Positions 57,001 to 64,000 of a DNA stretch of 64,000 nucleotides are shown here, in pieces. The notes beneath the pieces were generated by a model. It saw only the letters and a program-made list of their open reading frames with translations. It was not told the DNA's origin and did no database searches. Each line of letters begins with the position of its first letter. Positions within the stretch are counted from its first letter, which is position 1. Source of the stretch: a virus (Duplodnaviria > Caudoviricetes); the IMG/VR virus record IMGVR_UViG_2534682025_000001, positions 1 through 64,000 of that record. One strand, 5' to 3'. Position numbers and translations under genes: made by a program.

Positions 57001-57907
57001 CATACCCCGCTGTAATAGTGCTGTATATAGCTGGAATATAGGTTCCAGCCATAAATGCAGCGCCCACCATCATACTATTGACAACCCCTTCCATGTTTTC
57101 AGAAAGTGTTGTGATGCCCTCCACAAAGGTTTTGGATGCACCAGTGGCAGAATCAAACTCCCCAACCATTTTCGTAACTTCAGTGGTGATCAGGTTAAAA
57201 GAGGCGGCAATGGTGGTATCTGTTTTAGAGTACAACTCATCAACACTATCGCCTGCTTTTAGTAATGCCTCAGTAATAACTTGACCCGATAGCTTCCCGT
57301 CTAGCATCATCTGACGTAGTTCACCGCGAGTCACATTAAGGCCTTTTGCCATGGCATTTAGTAAGCCGCCAGCGCCATCAACCAAGCTGTTATATTCCTC
57401 AGCACGAAGAATATTTCCATCAAGAGCCTGCCCAAACTGAAACAAAGCCCCCGCTGCTGCCTCGGTTGTAGATCCGCTGATAGAAACTGCTTTTGATGTA
57501 ACCTCAGTAAGCCTTGCAGTTTCTGCTTGGGTTAAGTTAAGTACTTTGGCATTTGACATGTATTTTGAGTAAACAGTATTTACCGCCCCCCAACTAGATG
57601 CGGTGGCTTGTGCAATCTTATAGGTGTCATTCATTGCGGTATTTAATTCAGCCTGCCCACTGGTCACAAGCTTGAGCTGATTGACGATGCCTGTGTAACT
57701 ATCTGCATAATTCTTAATCTGATTGATAGAAAACACTGCGCCTGCTGTAGCTGCTAATTTCCCAAGCATGCCATTCATGACATTTACGCTACTGCTGGCC
57801 CGCTGCATTTCACGTTCTGCTGAGGATGAGGCTTGGCGCATCCCTTGTGTAAAGTTGCCAATTTTTGCAACCAGATCAAGAGTTAGTGTTCCGAGTTTTG
57901 TAGCCAT
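54077..57907 (-). CDS. Tape measure protein with internal lysozyme-like domain
   Basis: Tape-measure N-domain (QFGQAL..LRAEEYNS); EGNYN...AAGKYQ...EFAS muramidase-like segment. Confidence 0.9.
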   Translation of the reverse strand: MATKLGTLTLDLVAKIGNFTQGMRQASSSAEREMQRASSSVNVMNGMLGKLAATAGAVFSINQIKNYADSYTGIVNQLKLVTSGQAELNTAMNDTYKIAQATASSWGAVNTVYSKYMSNAKVLNLTQAETARLTEVTSKAVSISGSTTEAAAGALFQFGQALDGNILRAEEYNSLVDGAGGLLNAMAKGLNVTRGELRQMMLDGKLSGQVITEALLKAGDSVDELYSKTDTTIAASFNLITTEVTKMVGEFDSATGASKTFVEGITTLSENMEGVVNSMMVGAAFMAGTYIPAIYSTITAGYAKTKQLIDQTAIQYGAINAERAAAASALAQAQAQIVNTRSTLTALAAEKALEVQRLQAQINAAGRMATTTRMAQLRRIEAQATAELVAAETALAAARARSAAAGTASAGVGRAALGVLFGPVGMGVAIATVAAGYLLMKGNADKATASIDTQGQSVSDLIEKYQELNTLQRDNETRALAQQVEDLSLKYRVAASDLFAFMEGLPIADEKINTFKKLNSELSQGRIDSNEYYEAIKNVNILTDDQLAKVSKLIGAYSDNKKELKAAERAQDALEKSMKKTTKEAKEQAAGVGELSEEIKKLLKASGQNIKDSAITSALANRGYNDTMIELAKKYLNVEGAIVKNEQGRLSLRADLQKMFTTEYNEVMKAKNATDARNEAEKKITQEKEKQAKLTKASTIDAVISSGEGNYNSVNLGQKGGYKASTRNLTDMTVAQILSAQRAKEFNAAGKYQTINSTLQEAVDKGVVSSAEKFTAEVQERIFKQYLVAIKRPEIKGFITGSNKATLNDALLGSAKEFASVANPSTGKSYYAGQGNNKASISAEKMTESLLAQQKVYRENIALGMDSEQAWLKSFNASTTVVKTEELDLDKFLEDMIKRKQEQADEQKAIQVSYYNEWQNLEYDNQERIKEIEKAFATDPTERDRLLGLQQKAYEDDVANWIKAQDDRVKAENEANQKILTDRYKFLNDSVAMYDRIAGLSSGADEIFARATMSPEGYGQWSLANDRSNSQAALKKERVGVEQDIMTSNLYSTDDERYEALKEAHQQYRDGLAAIDVKYYQGLEDLQNQTQAASLAGYGAMFGMMGSMLDAYGAKESTAYKVAFAMQKGFVLSSAILNAKGAIMSAWNDPSNVTMWQKIAGAAAVAVQTNDLMSAIQGVALSGMAHDGIDNIPKEGTWLLDKGERVVDSRTNADLKNYLANGGGSGGDVYYTQTINIASDGSATSESDAKQLGKMMENMTLAVIRREQRQGGLLSK

Positions 57908-57964
57908 AACTTTTCCTCTAGGCGTAAAAAAACCGCCTAGTGGCGGTTAGTGGATTTTATTAAT

Positions 57965-58606
57965 TTAGCCCTCAATGATGCTTATTTCACCCTTGCCTTC
58001 TGGTGTAAACACGCATCTAGCCTTAGCTGGCAATTCTGCCCCAAAGCTGTTTTTTGCCTCAAAACCCAGCATAACAACCACATTGCCTGTTGTGGCAGCA
58101 GTAAAACCACTGCTATCTAGTAGTTTGAAATTTACTGAGGTTGGGTATTTAGCATTAGCTTTCACCATGTCGCGACACCTATCGAATGCATCGGTTTGAC
58201 TAATTGCTTTTTGAGTTTGTGATTTAATTTCTTTCGTGCCAACTAAATCTGTCTGCGATACATAAAATCGCTCACCATTCACGCAGTCCACAAAGAAAAC
58301 TGCTTCTTTTTTTGGAGTGCTTCTATTATCAGATAGCGCCACCATATCAATAGAATCACACGTATTTGGTTCATTTGCTATTTTTTGAACTGCTTGTTTT
58401 TCAAGCTCTGAAATCCTCTTAACCCAATCCTCACCCCATTCAGCATAGAGTCTAGGGAATTGATCAATAGAGTAATTGTTATATGCATACTGGCTAATTT
58501 TTTTAGGGCCTGATTGCTCGCTGGTATTGGATTTTTTAGGGCTTTCCACTTCCCCACCACACCCTAAAAGACCAATAGCCAAAGCTAATAAAATAATTTT
58601 CTTCAT
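57965..58606 (-). CDS. Lipoprotein moron
   Basis: Lipobox LLGC after a signal peptide; FEAKNSFGA C-terminal motif. Confidence 0.75.
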   Translation of the reverse strand: MKKIILLALAIGLLGCGGEVESPKKSNTSEQSGPKKISQYAYNNYSIDQFPRLYAEWGEDWVKRISELEKQAVQKIANEPNTCDSIDMVALSDNRSTPKKEAVFFVDCVNGERFYVSQTDLVGTKEIKSQTQKAISQTDAFDRCRDMVKANAKYPTSVNFKLLDSSGFTAATTGNVVVMLGFEAKNSFGAELPAKARCVFTPEGKGEISIIEG

Positions 58607-58679
58607 ATCTAATCCCTCTTTATTTAGGACAAGATACTAATTCCAGCACAAAAAAACCACTCCGAAGAGTGGTCTTGTT

Positions 58680-59003
58680 TTATTTAACCATCAGCACTAT
58701 CGACACAATGACCAAGATAGCTGTTAGTAGATAACAATTGGTTCGCCACATTAGAATGGTTTTAGTGCTCTGCTTCATTAATATTTCATACTCTTGCATT
58801 CTTTTCGCGGCATGATCCATGGCGCTCGCTCCACGACTAAGCGTGTCTTGAAGCATTTGGTTTTCTTGCTTTAGCATTCTTTCTTCCACACGGTGGAGCT
58901 TCATCAACTCGCGTATGGCTTGAATCCTATCCGCCACCTCCTCTAGCAATTCATCACGAGTCATATTTAAGATATCTTCATCTAGATCATAATTATCAGT
59001 CAT
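58680..59003 (-). CDS. Coiled-coil protein with C-terminal TM
   Basis: Likely start MTDNY overlapping the antirepressor stop. Confidence 0.55.
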   Translation of the reverse strand: MTDNYDLDEDILNMTRDELLEEVADRIQAIRELMKLHRVEERMLKQENQMLQDTLSRGASAMDHAAKRMQEYEILMKQSTKTILMWRTNCYLLTAILVIVSIVLMVK

Positions 59004-59547
59004 TTGAACTGCCCTCAAATGGCAATTGGGGTTGTGCTCTTGCAACTAGATCATCTAGCGTCTGCATCAACTGAGGCTTCACTTGCTTACCCATAACACA
59101 TAGTGTTCGGCCTGCGTTGGAAAGAACATCTGTAACATGCTCAAGCTTTAGCATAGCTTTGTTTATCTCAATCTGGATGCCATAAACCATATCTCGCGCT
59201 ATCTTTTCCTGCTCAATGAAATATCGACGAACAGCTCTACCTTGATCTGTTTTTTCAACCATTCCCAGCTCTTTTGCCATGTCTAGAGTGATAAAGTAGT
59301 CTTTCTTGATCTGAGGCCTGCTTTTTGAGGTATCCTTTTTGGGATAGCTCAAATTCTGGACAATTATATAATCTGAACCCTCTTGAAATTTATACTCCTT
59401 GATTCGACCATTAATCCATCCTGAAAACATCCTCCCCACCCCAAGAGCAGCATGAAGTGTTCTGGCATCCACACACAAGCGAATCTCACCATCAATTTCA
59501 TATTCAACTACCGGAATTAAAGAATCCTGCTTAACAATTGCATTCAT
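58996..59547 (-). CDS. AntA/AntB-type antirepressor
   Basis: VDARTLH..L, FSGWI, DYFITLDMAKEL and GRAVRRYFI motifs. Confidence 0.85.
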   Translation of the reverse strand: MNAIVKQDSLIPVVEYEIDGEIRLCVDARTLHAALGVGRMFSGWINGRIKEYKFQEGSDYIIVQNLSYPKKDTSKSRPQIKKDYFITLDMAKELGMVEKTDQGRAVRRYFIEQEKIARDMVYGIQIEINKAMLKLEHVTDVLSNAGRTLCVMGKQVKPQLMQTLDDLVARAQPQLPFEGSSND

Positions 59548-59834
59548 GCTACTGACTCCTGTGCTAATAACTTTGCCGCTCTTGGTGAATGTTTCTCAAA
59601 GTAAGCAACCTCTTCACAGCACTCATCGACCCATTTATTCAAATGATCCCAAGTGATTGACGCCAAGGTGTAGGCCGTAGTGTGCTTTTCAGACTTTTCC
59701 ATGATTAATGTGACAAGCGTTTGTAGGTCACTAAAGCCATTTTCAGCATTGTTAATAAAATCAACAAAGCGCTCTAGTTGGTGCTGACTGATCTGAACTT
59801 GATTCGCTTCAGTGATATGAGTTATATTTGACAT
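59544..59834 (-). CDS. Hypothetical protein
   Basis: Likely start MSNITH with AGGA RBS. Confidence 0.55.
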   Translation of the reverse strand: MSNITHITEANQVQISQHQLERFVDFINNAENGFSDLQTLVTLIMEKSEKHTTAYTLASITWDHLNKWVDECCEEVAYFEKHSPRAAKLLAQESVA

Positions 59835-59911
59835 AGTTACATTTCCTATTGTGACCACACTAAAGCCCCGATCCGCCAAGATTTGATGGGCTTTTTTGTT
59901 GTCTATTGATT

Positions 59912-60070
59912 TCATGCTTTCGCACTCTTTTGGTTTTGTTTGAGCCATTCTTCAACAATAGTATTCAACTGTGCTGTCAAAGAACGACGGTTTTCTGCTG
60001 CTGCCTTTTTCAGCCCATCTATATTTTCATGAGCCATTCGGACATTTAGCTGCTTGTCATGTCGTGTCAT
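59912..60070 (-). CDS. Arc-family ribbon-helix-helix protein (52 aa, not in ORF track)
   Basis: MTRHDKQLNVRM...AAAENRRSLTAQL; GGAG RBS. Confidence 0.8.
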   Translation of the reverse strand: MTRHDKQLNVRMAHENIDGLKKAAAENRRSLTAQLNTIVEEWLKQNQKSAKA

Positions 60071-60188
60071 TTTTACTCCATTTAAAGTGTTTTGCTTTAT
60101 AGCGTTTTAATTTATAGCAAAATACTTTATTGAAGTAAAGCGTTTTGCTATATATCATTAAAATAATTTCACACTTTGCTGAACTGCT

Positions 60189-60500
60189 ATGGCTCAAGAA
60201 TATTCACAAGTAAACTTCAGAATACCCTCAAAGCTAAAAGAAGATATAGAAAAGGCAGCTTTCGCCAATAACCGTTCAATCACATCTGAACTCGTGTCTC
60301 GGCTTGAGGATAGCTTCACTCCAAAAACACTTACCCCATCCCCAGAAATGGTAAAATATAAAGAGGAAATGGAAGCTCAGACTAAGATTCTTCTAGAAAG
60401 CCAGCGTGTTTTATTGGAGCAAAATGAAAGGCAGGCCAAGATTTTAGCTGAACTTAAAGACTTTCAAGCTTGGAAAAATCAACAAAAGAAACCAAGCTAA
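60189..60500 (+). CDS. Arc/Mnt-family repressor, divergent
   Basis: QVNFRIP..LKE.IE.AA..NNRSITSELV.RLE.S. Confidence 0.85.
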   Translation: MAQEYSQVNFRIPSKLKEDIEKAAFANNRSITSELVSRLEDSFTPKTLTPSPEMVKYKEEMEAQTKILLESQRVLLEQNERQAKILAELKDFQAWKNQQKKPS

Positions 60501-60509
60501 CCTGATTTC

Positions 60510-60815
60510 TTATTTCCCGAAATTCTCCACCAGATAATCCTCAAGATTCTTTTCTACTGGCTTTTCTTCATGGGTCATTAAGTCATGCAGCTTCACATTC
60601 TTAACACCTTTCAGCATTAAAATAGACTGGTGAATCCTTGCTAATTCTTGCTCAAATCTTCTTCCAAGGTTGAGGCTTCCGTATTTTCGGATGTAGGCGG
60701 TGTACTTTTTGATTTCTCGGTATGGGAGGTCTGCGATTTCGCTGTACGTTTTGCCGAGCGCGATACTGATCTCGATGAGGATTTCGTCGTCTTGGTTGAG
60801 TTCAGTTGCTTTCCC
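60510..60815 (-). CDS. Tail chaperone frameshift extension (gpT-like)
   Basis: GGGAAAG at 60809-60815; the -1 frame reads ...IRKYGSLNLGRRFEQ...FGK*. Confidence 0.8.
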   Translation of the reverse strand, partial: GKATELNQDDEILIEISIALGKTYSEIADLPYREIKKYTAYIRKYGSLNLGRRFEQELARIHQSILMLKGVKNVKLHDLMTHEEKPVEKNLEDYLVENFGK

Positions 60816-61126
60816 AATACGTTAATATCCACAATTTTTGACCACAACGCATCTACTAAGGCTTGGTTAAAATGGGTGCGGATTTCATCTTCAGTGAATG
60901 CAAGTTGCCCTTTTTCATCACAGATAACACTTGCCAAAACACCAGCTAAAGCCTCTTTGTTTTCACCATAGGCTTTCATTTGGGCTACTGCTGTGCTGTA
61001 GCTGAATGGCAGAATATGAGTATCAAATTCCGCATCTTCACCAGCAACTTTAATTTGAACAGTTACGTGCTCCGGCTTACCCATTAGTGCGCCAGATTTA
61101 ATGTCTTTTAAAGTTAATTTTTTCAT
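60641..61126 (-). CDS. Tail assembly chaperone (gpG-like)
   Basis: Gene position; LGK slippery site. Confidence 0.8.
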   Translation of the reverse strand: MKKLTLKDIKSGALMGKPEHVTVQIKVAGEDAEFDTHILPFSYSTAVAQMKAYGENKEALAGVLASVICDEKGQLAFTEDEIRTHFNQALVDALWSKIVDINVLGKQLNSTKTTKSSSRSVSRSAKRTAKSQTSHTEKSKSTPPTSENTEASTLEEDLSKN

Positions 61127-61166
61127 GATTCACCAAGAAAGCAAAAGGCCCTGTACGGGCCTTAAA

Positions 61167-61631
61167 TTAAACAGTTGCTGGAGTTAGAGTCACACCAGTT
61201 GAACGCTGTAAAGTGAACTGGTAGCCCACAATGGAATCCGCTTCAAAGGTTGGTACTGCTGGAGTTAGTGCGCCTTTAAATGACCAGAATGAGCGACCAG
61301 TTGGTAGAGTCACCTTCTTTGTAGCTACTGTTGGCGGAGCAACTGAATCACTTGCACCAATATAAAATTCAAGTTCAGTGCGATTTTCTGCCCATTGAAT
61401 AAGTTTTAGGTGTGAGCTGTTTTTAGGGTCGAGTCGAATTGAAAGTGAACCATCACCCGGATCAGATAGTCCGGGCACATAGGATTTGGATTTCTTTTCT
61501 TCAAGACAGGTTGTTTCAATTTTTGAAGTACTGTCACTCCCTAAGTCGATACCGGTTACACAGACAAGTTGCGTAATGTCGGTACCATCAAAAGCAAAGA
61601 CGTTTGTCCCTTGCGTGCGTAATTCTGCCAT
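61167..61631 (-). CDS. Major tail tube protein
   Basis: TQGT...ETTCLEE...GLSDPG; homologue of 18139-18624; start MAELR. Confidence 0.8.
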   Translation of the reverse strand: MAELRTQGTNVFAFDGTDITQLVCVTGIDLGSDSTSKIETTCLEEKKSKSYVPGLSDPGDGSLSIRLDPKNSSHLKLIQWAENRTELEFYIGASDSVAPPTVATKKVTLPTGRSFWSFKGALTPAVPTFEADSIVGYQFTLQRSTGVTLTPATV

Positions 61632-61719
61632 TTGCGAGTGCTCCTCAATTTTAGGCATAAAAAAAGCCACCGAGTGGTGGCATTGGTTTGGAAATAATTA
61701 ACCCCGCACTTGGTGGGGT

Positions 61720-61995
61720 TTAATGTTTGTTGGAATCTATGGTTTCACCCTGTATGCCTTTGCATAGTTTCAGGATGCTTTCGGCATGCAGCGTGATGTG
61801 TCGATGGTTTGGCTTGGTTCGCTCAATATCAATTCCAATCAATATGGCTGCTTCAATATTTTTCTGCCAATCACCTGTATCCGGTACTGGTTCGATTGAG
61901 CAAAACACATAACTATCATCACCAATATTAATGTCAGCATAATTTTCTTCGTCTGTGCTTGGTCGACATTCTGCGACCACATAAGCAATATTCAT
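61720..61995 (-). CDS. Hypothetical protein
   Basis: ORF track; coupled to the Rha gene. Confidence 0.55.
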   Translation of the reverse strand: MNIAYVVAECRPSTDEENYADINIGDDSYVFCSIEPVPDTGDWQKNIEAAILIGIDIERTKPNHRHITLHAESILKLCKGIQGETIDSNKH

Positions 61996-61997
61996 GA

Positions 61998-62522
61998 TTA
62001 AACCCCGCCAGCAAATGGTAGTGATGGCTGCAACTCACTTTCTAATTGCGCTATCTCATCATCAAGCGGATGCTTTTCATGTTTCCACACATTCATATCT
62101 CTGGCTGAACAACTAACTTGCTGCTTTCGACTATTGCGATAACCGACAATATGGTTATATCGCGCCCATTTAGATTGAAAGACTTGGGTTAATTGGCCTG
62201 CCATCCAGTTAAAAGCATCAATAAATTGCTCTTTTACAGCATCAGCTTTATCACCAGTAAAACCCATCACCAGAAACATCCAGCCATCTTTAGTCATTCT
62301 ATAAAATTTTCTTGCTTTTCCATTCTGTAACTTATTGTTTTCAAAGCAAAGCTCAAAATTGAGCGCTTTAAATTTGTCAGAGCATCTTAGTTTTTCAATA
62401 TCTCGTATTACGTTTTTATGTAGTTTTCCAAATGCTTCAGCCACAGCATAACTGGTTGTTTTTGGCTCACCATCATCACTTGAGACCATGGCGCGTAAAT
62501 TTAATGTTGTCATCATATTCAT
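61998..62522 (-). CDS. Rha-family regulatory protein
   Basis: TTS..VAE.FGK.HKNVIRDI and MTKDGWMFLVMGFTG motifs. Confidence 0.9.
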   Translation of the reverse strand: MNMMTTLNLRAMVSSDDGEPKTTSYAVAEAFGKLHKNVIRDIEKLRCSDKFKALNFELCFENNKLQNGKARKFYRMTKDGWMFLVMGFTGDKADAVKEQFIDAFNWMAGQLTQVFQSKWARYNHIVGYRNSRKQQVSCSARDMNVWKHEKHPLDDEIAQLESELQPSLPFAGGV

Positions 62523-62536
62523 GACTTTCTCCTAAT

Positions 62537-62610
62537 CATATTCAAAAAAAAGAAACTGGCAGGCACGCTGAATATGGAAACGTGCTTTTCGAACCGTCGT
62601 TCTAGCCAGT
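62537..62610 (-). ncRNA. c4-like structured leader RNA
   Basis: Three-way junction; loop CAUAUUCA is complementary to UGAAUAUG beside the RBS. Confidence 0.5.
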
Positions 62611-62673
62611 GGTTTGCCTGAAAACAGGCATAAAAAAACCGCCCAATAAGGACGGTTTGATTAAGTGGTGAAG

Positions 62674-63045
62674 TTATCTATCCAAAAACCAATTCGCATC
62701 AAAGCCACGACCAAAAATATTGGTATCAGCAATGCGCTCAAAATGATTTGGGTGAATATTGGTGACATAGCAATATGGCTCTAGGGCCTTTCTGATTGCG
62801 GCTCGAATATCCGATGCTCTTTTCTGCTGGGTGTCGTAAACCACAATCTGAAATGACACATGATCGATATTGGCTGGGCAATCCAAGTGGTTTTCAGGAT
62901 TTGCTGTGACTACTGACCAGACTGCATAAGGGTATGGCGTTTTGTGTGGTGCAACATCCTCAAATACTCTCAAAGGATTGGTGCCAAGCAATTCTTTCAC
63001 ATCAATACTGGCATTGAGCACCGGAACTACAGGTAAAATGTTCAT
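62674..63045 (-). CDS. Tail terminator (DUF3168-like)
   Basis: Homologue of 18692-19066 (NHLDCPANIDHV). Confidence 0.78.
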   Translation of the reverse strand: MNILPVVPVLNASIDVKELLGTNPLRVFEDVAPHKTPYPYAVWSVVTANPENHLDCPANIDHVSFQIVVYDTQQKRASDIRAAIRKALEPYCYVTNIHPNHFERIADTNIFGRGFDANWFLDR

Positions 63046-63500
63046 AATTTAGCGAGTTCCTTGTCGATTTCTTTATTGAAGTTTTCAGCAAAGCTATTGG
63101 TCACGGCTTGGATGTTGTTTTGCAGTGCTGGGCGCATGAATGGAGTTGGTGGATTGTGCACAGAGCCAAATTCTAACCAACGCCAATGCCTGGTATCCCC
63201 ACCACTTGTATTGGGTGGATTTGGATTGGAGAATGATGCTCCACCACGCACACCAACACGCATGATCACTTCATTTGGGTTTCGGGTTTTACCCGCAGCA
63301 ATCGCAATATTTTTCCAGATCTTTTCCGCTGTTTGTGGATCATCAATGCCTTTTGCATTATTTCGTGCGGCATCACGTACAATTGCCATTGCCTTGCGCA
63401 TGGAACGCCTTGCAGCATTCTTCATCAAGCGAGGATTTGCCAGTCTTTTAAGCTTTTCCTGAACCTCATCCAAGCCCTCAATATTGAATTCTACTGACAT
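63042..63500 (-). CDS. HK97 gp10-like protein
   Basis: GGDTRHWRWLEFG...PFMRPA. Confidence 0.85.
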   Translation of the reverse strand: MSVEFNIEGLDEVQEKLKRLANPRLMKNAARRSMRKAMAIVRDAARNNAKGIDDPQTAEKIWKNIAIAAGKTRNPNEVIMRVGVRGGASFSNPNPPNTSGGDTRHWRWLEFGSVHNPPTPFMRPALQNNIQAVTNSFAENFNKEIDKELAKL

Positions 63501-63503
63501 GGC

Positions 63504-63833
63504 CTACTCCACTAGCGACAACTCCAGCGTCATATAAATCCGACCGTTTTCATTGTCTGGTTTAGGTGGTGAAACGATCTGAAAGGTCTGACCATCAAAT
63601 AAAACGCGCATACCAGTATCAATATCTTTGCGTTTACGCAGTTTTAGCCGGGCCGTGGTTTCTGATCCGGCAGCCTTGGCGTTAATGGAGTCTTTGACAG
63701 ACAGGAAATCCAACTTACCCCAGAGTTTTTTAAACTCCGTCCAAGCTTCGGTTTCATAGTTGTATTCATCATAGGTCGTGGTTTTATGCTGAATCGTTAC
63801 ACGGTGGCATAATTCGCCGGCACGTTGGGCCAT
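63504..63833 (-). CDS. Head closure protein
   Basis: RAGELCHRVTIQ; synteny. Confidence 0.8.
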   Translation of the reverse strand: MAQRAGELCHRVTIQHKTTTYDEYNYETEAWTEFKKLWGKLDFLSVKDSINAKAAGSETTARLKLRKRKDIDTGMRVLFDGQTFQIVSPPKPDNENGRIYMTLELSLVE

Positions 63834-63841
63834 AGATCACC

Positions 63842-64000
63842 TCAAATCGCTGTAGGCTTACGATATGGATAAAGCAGGCTTTGCACCGGCATCGGCAGAA
63901 AGTTGCCATTTACCGGCATTTCCTGCTCAGCATTGCGGTACTGGTCCCAATGTCCACACAGTAATAAAATTGCCTGATGAATTGCTTTAGGGTAATCAGG
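63842..64000 (-). CDS. Head-tail connector, C-terminal part
   Basis: Translated by hand: PKAIHQAILLLCGHWDQYRNA...LLYPYR. Confidence 0.75.
   Translation of the reverse strand, partial: PDYPKAIHQAILLLCGHWDQYRNAEQEMPVNGNFLPMPVQSLLYPYRKPTAI

Larger units (their letters stand above)
41615..64000. mobile_element. Prophage 2 (partial, continues beyond window)
   Basis: Integrase, lysis, tail and neck genes homologous to prophage 1. Confidence 0.92.

Noticed and set aside
1-64000. CRISPR array, diversity-generating retroelement or retron
   Set aside because: No regularly spaced repeats, cas genes or reverse transcriptase motifs seen; the long duplications are explained by two related prophages

Overview
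This looks like an Acinetobacter-like chromosome segment (genus inferred from gene content). A short host flank (1-2858) holds an IS630-type transposase 3' end and a dCache-GGDEF gene. Two lambdoid/HK97-like siphoviral prophages follow in tandem, sharing a 14-bp att core (TGGTGCGCTCAGCG, the reverse complement of a tRNA 3' end). Prophage 1 (2859-41628, about 38.8 kb) looks complete: integrase/xis, immunity, replication, Q, packaging, head, tail and lysis. Prophage 2 (41615 to beyond the window end) shows a different integrase, lysis, tail and neck genes. The most notable locus is the late-control region of prophage 1. A Q-type late promoter and terminator are followed by an unannotated, about 240-nt multi-helix RNA whose closing helix overlaps a terminator directly in front of a phage tRNA-Arg(UCU). 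An AT-rich RloC-like anticodon nuclease gene lies divergently next to it. Other points of interest are holin-like/amidase fusion lysins, a conserved micropeptide marking a cargo slot, a c4-like RNA before an Rha gene, GGGAAAG frameshift sites and modular tail-tip proteins. All family calls come from motif recognition by eye; no database searches or folding programs were run.
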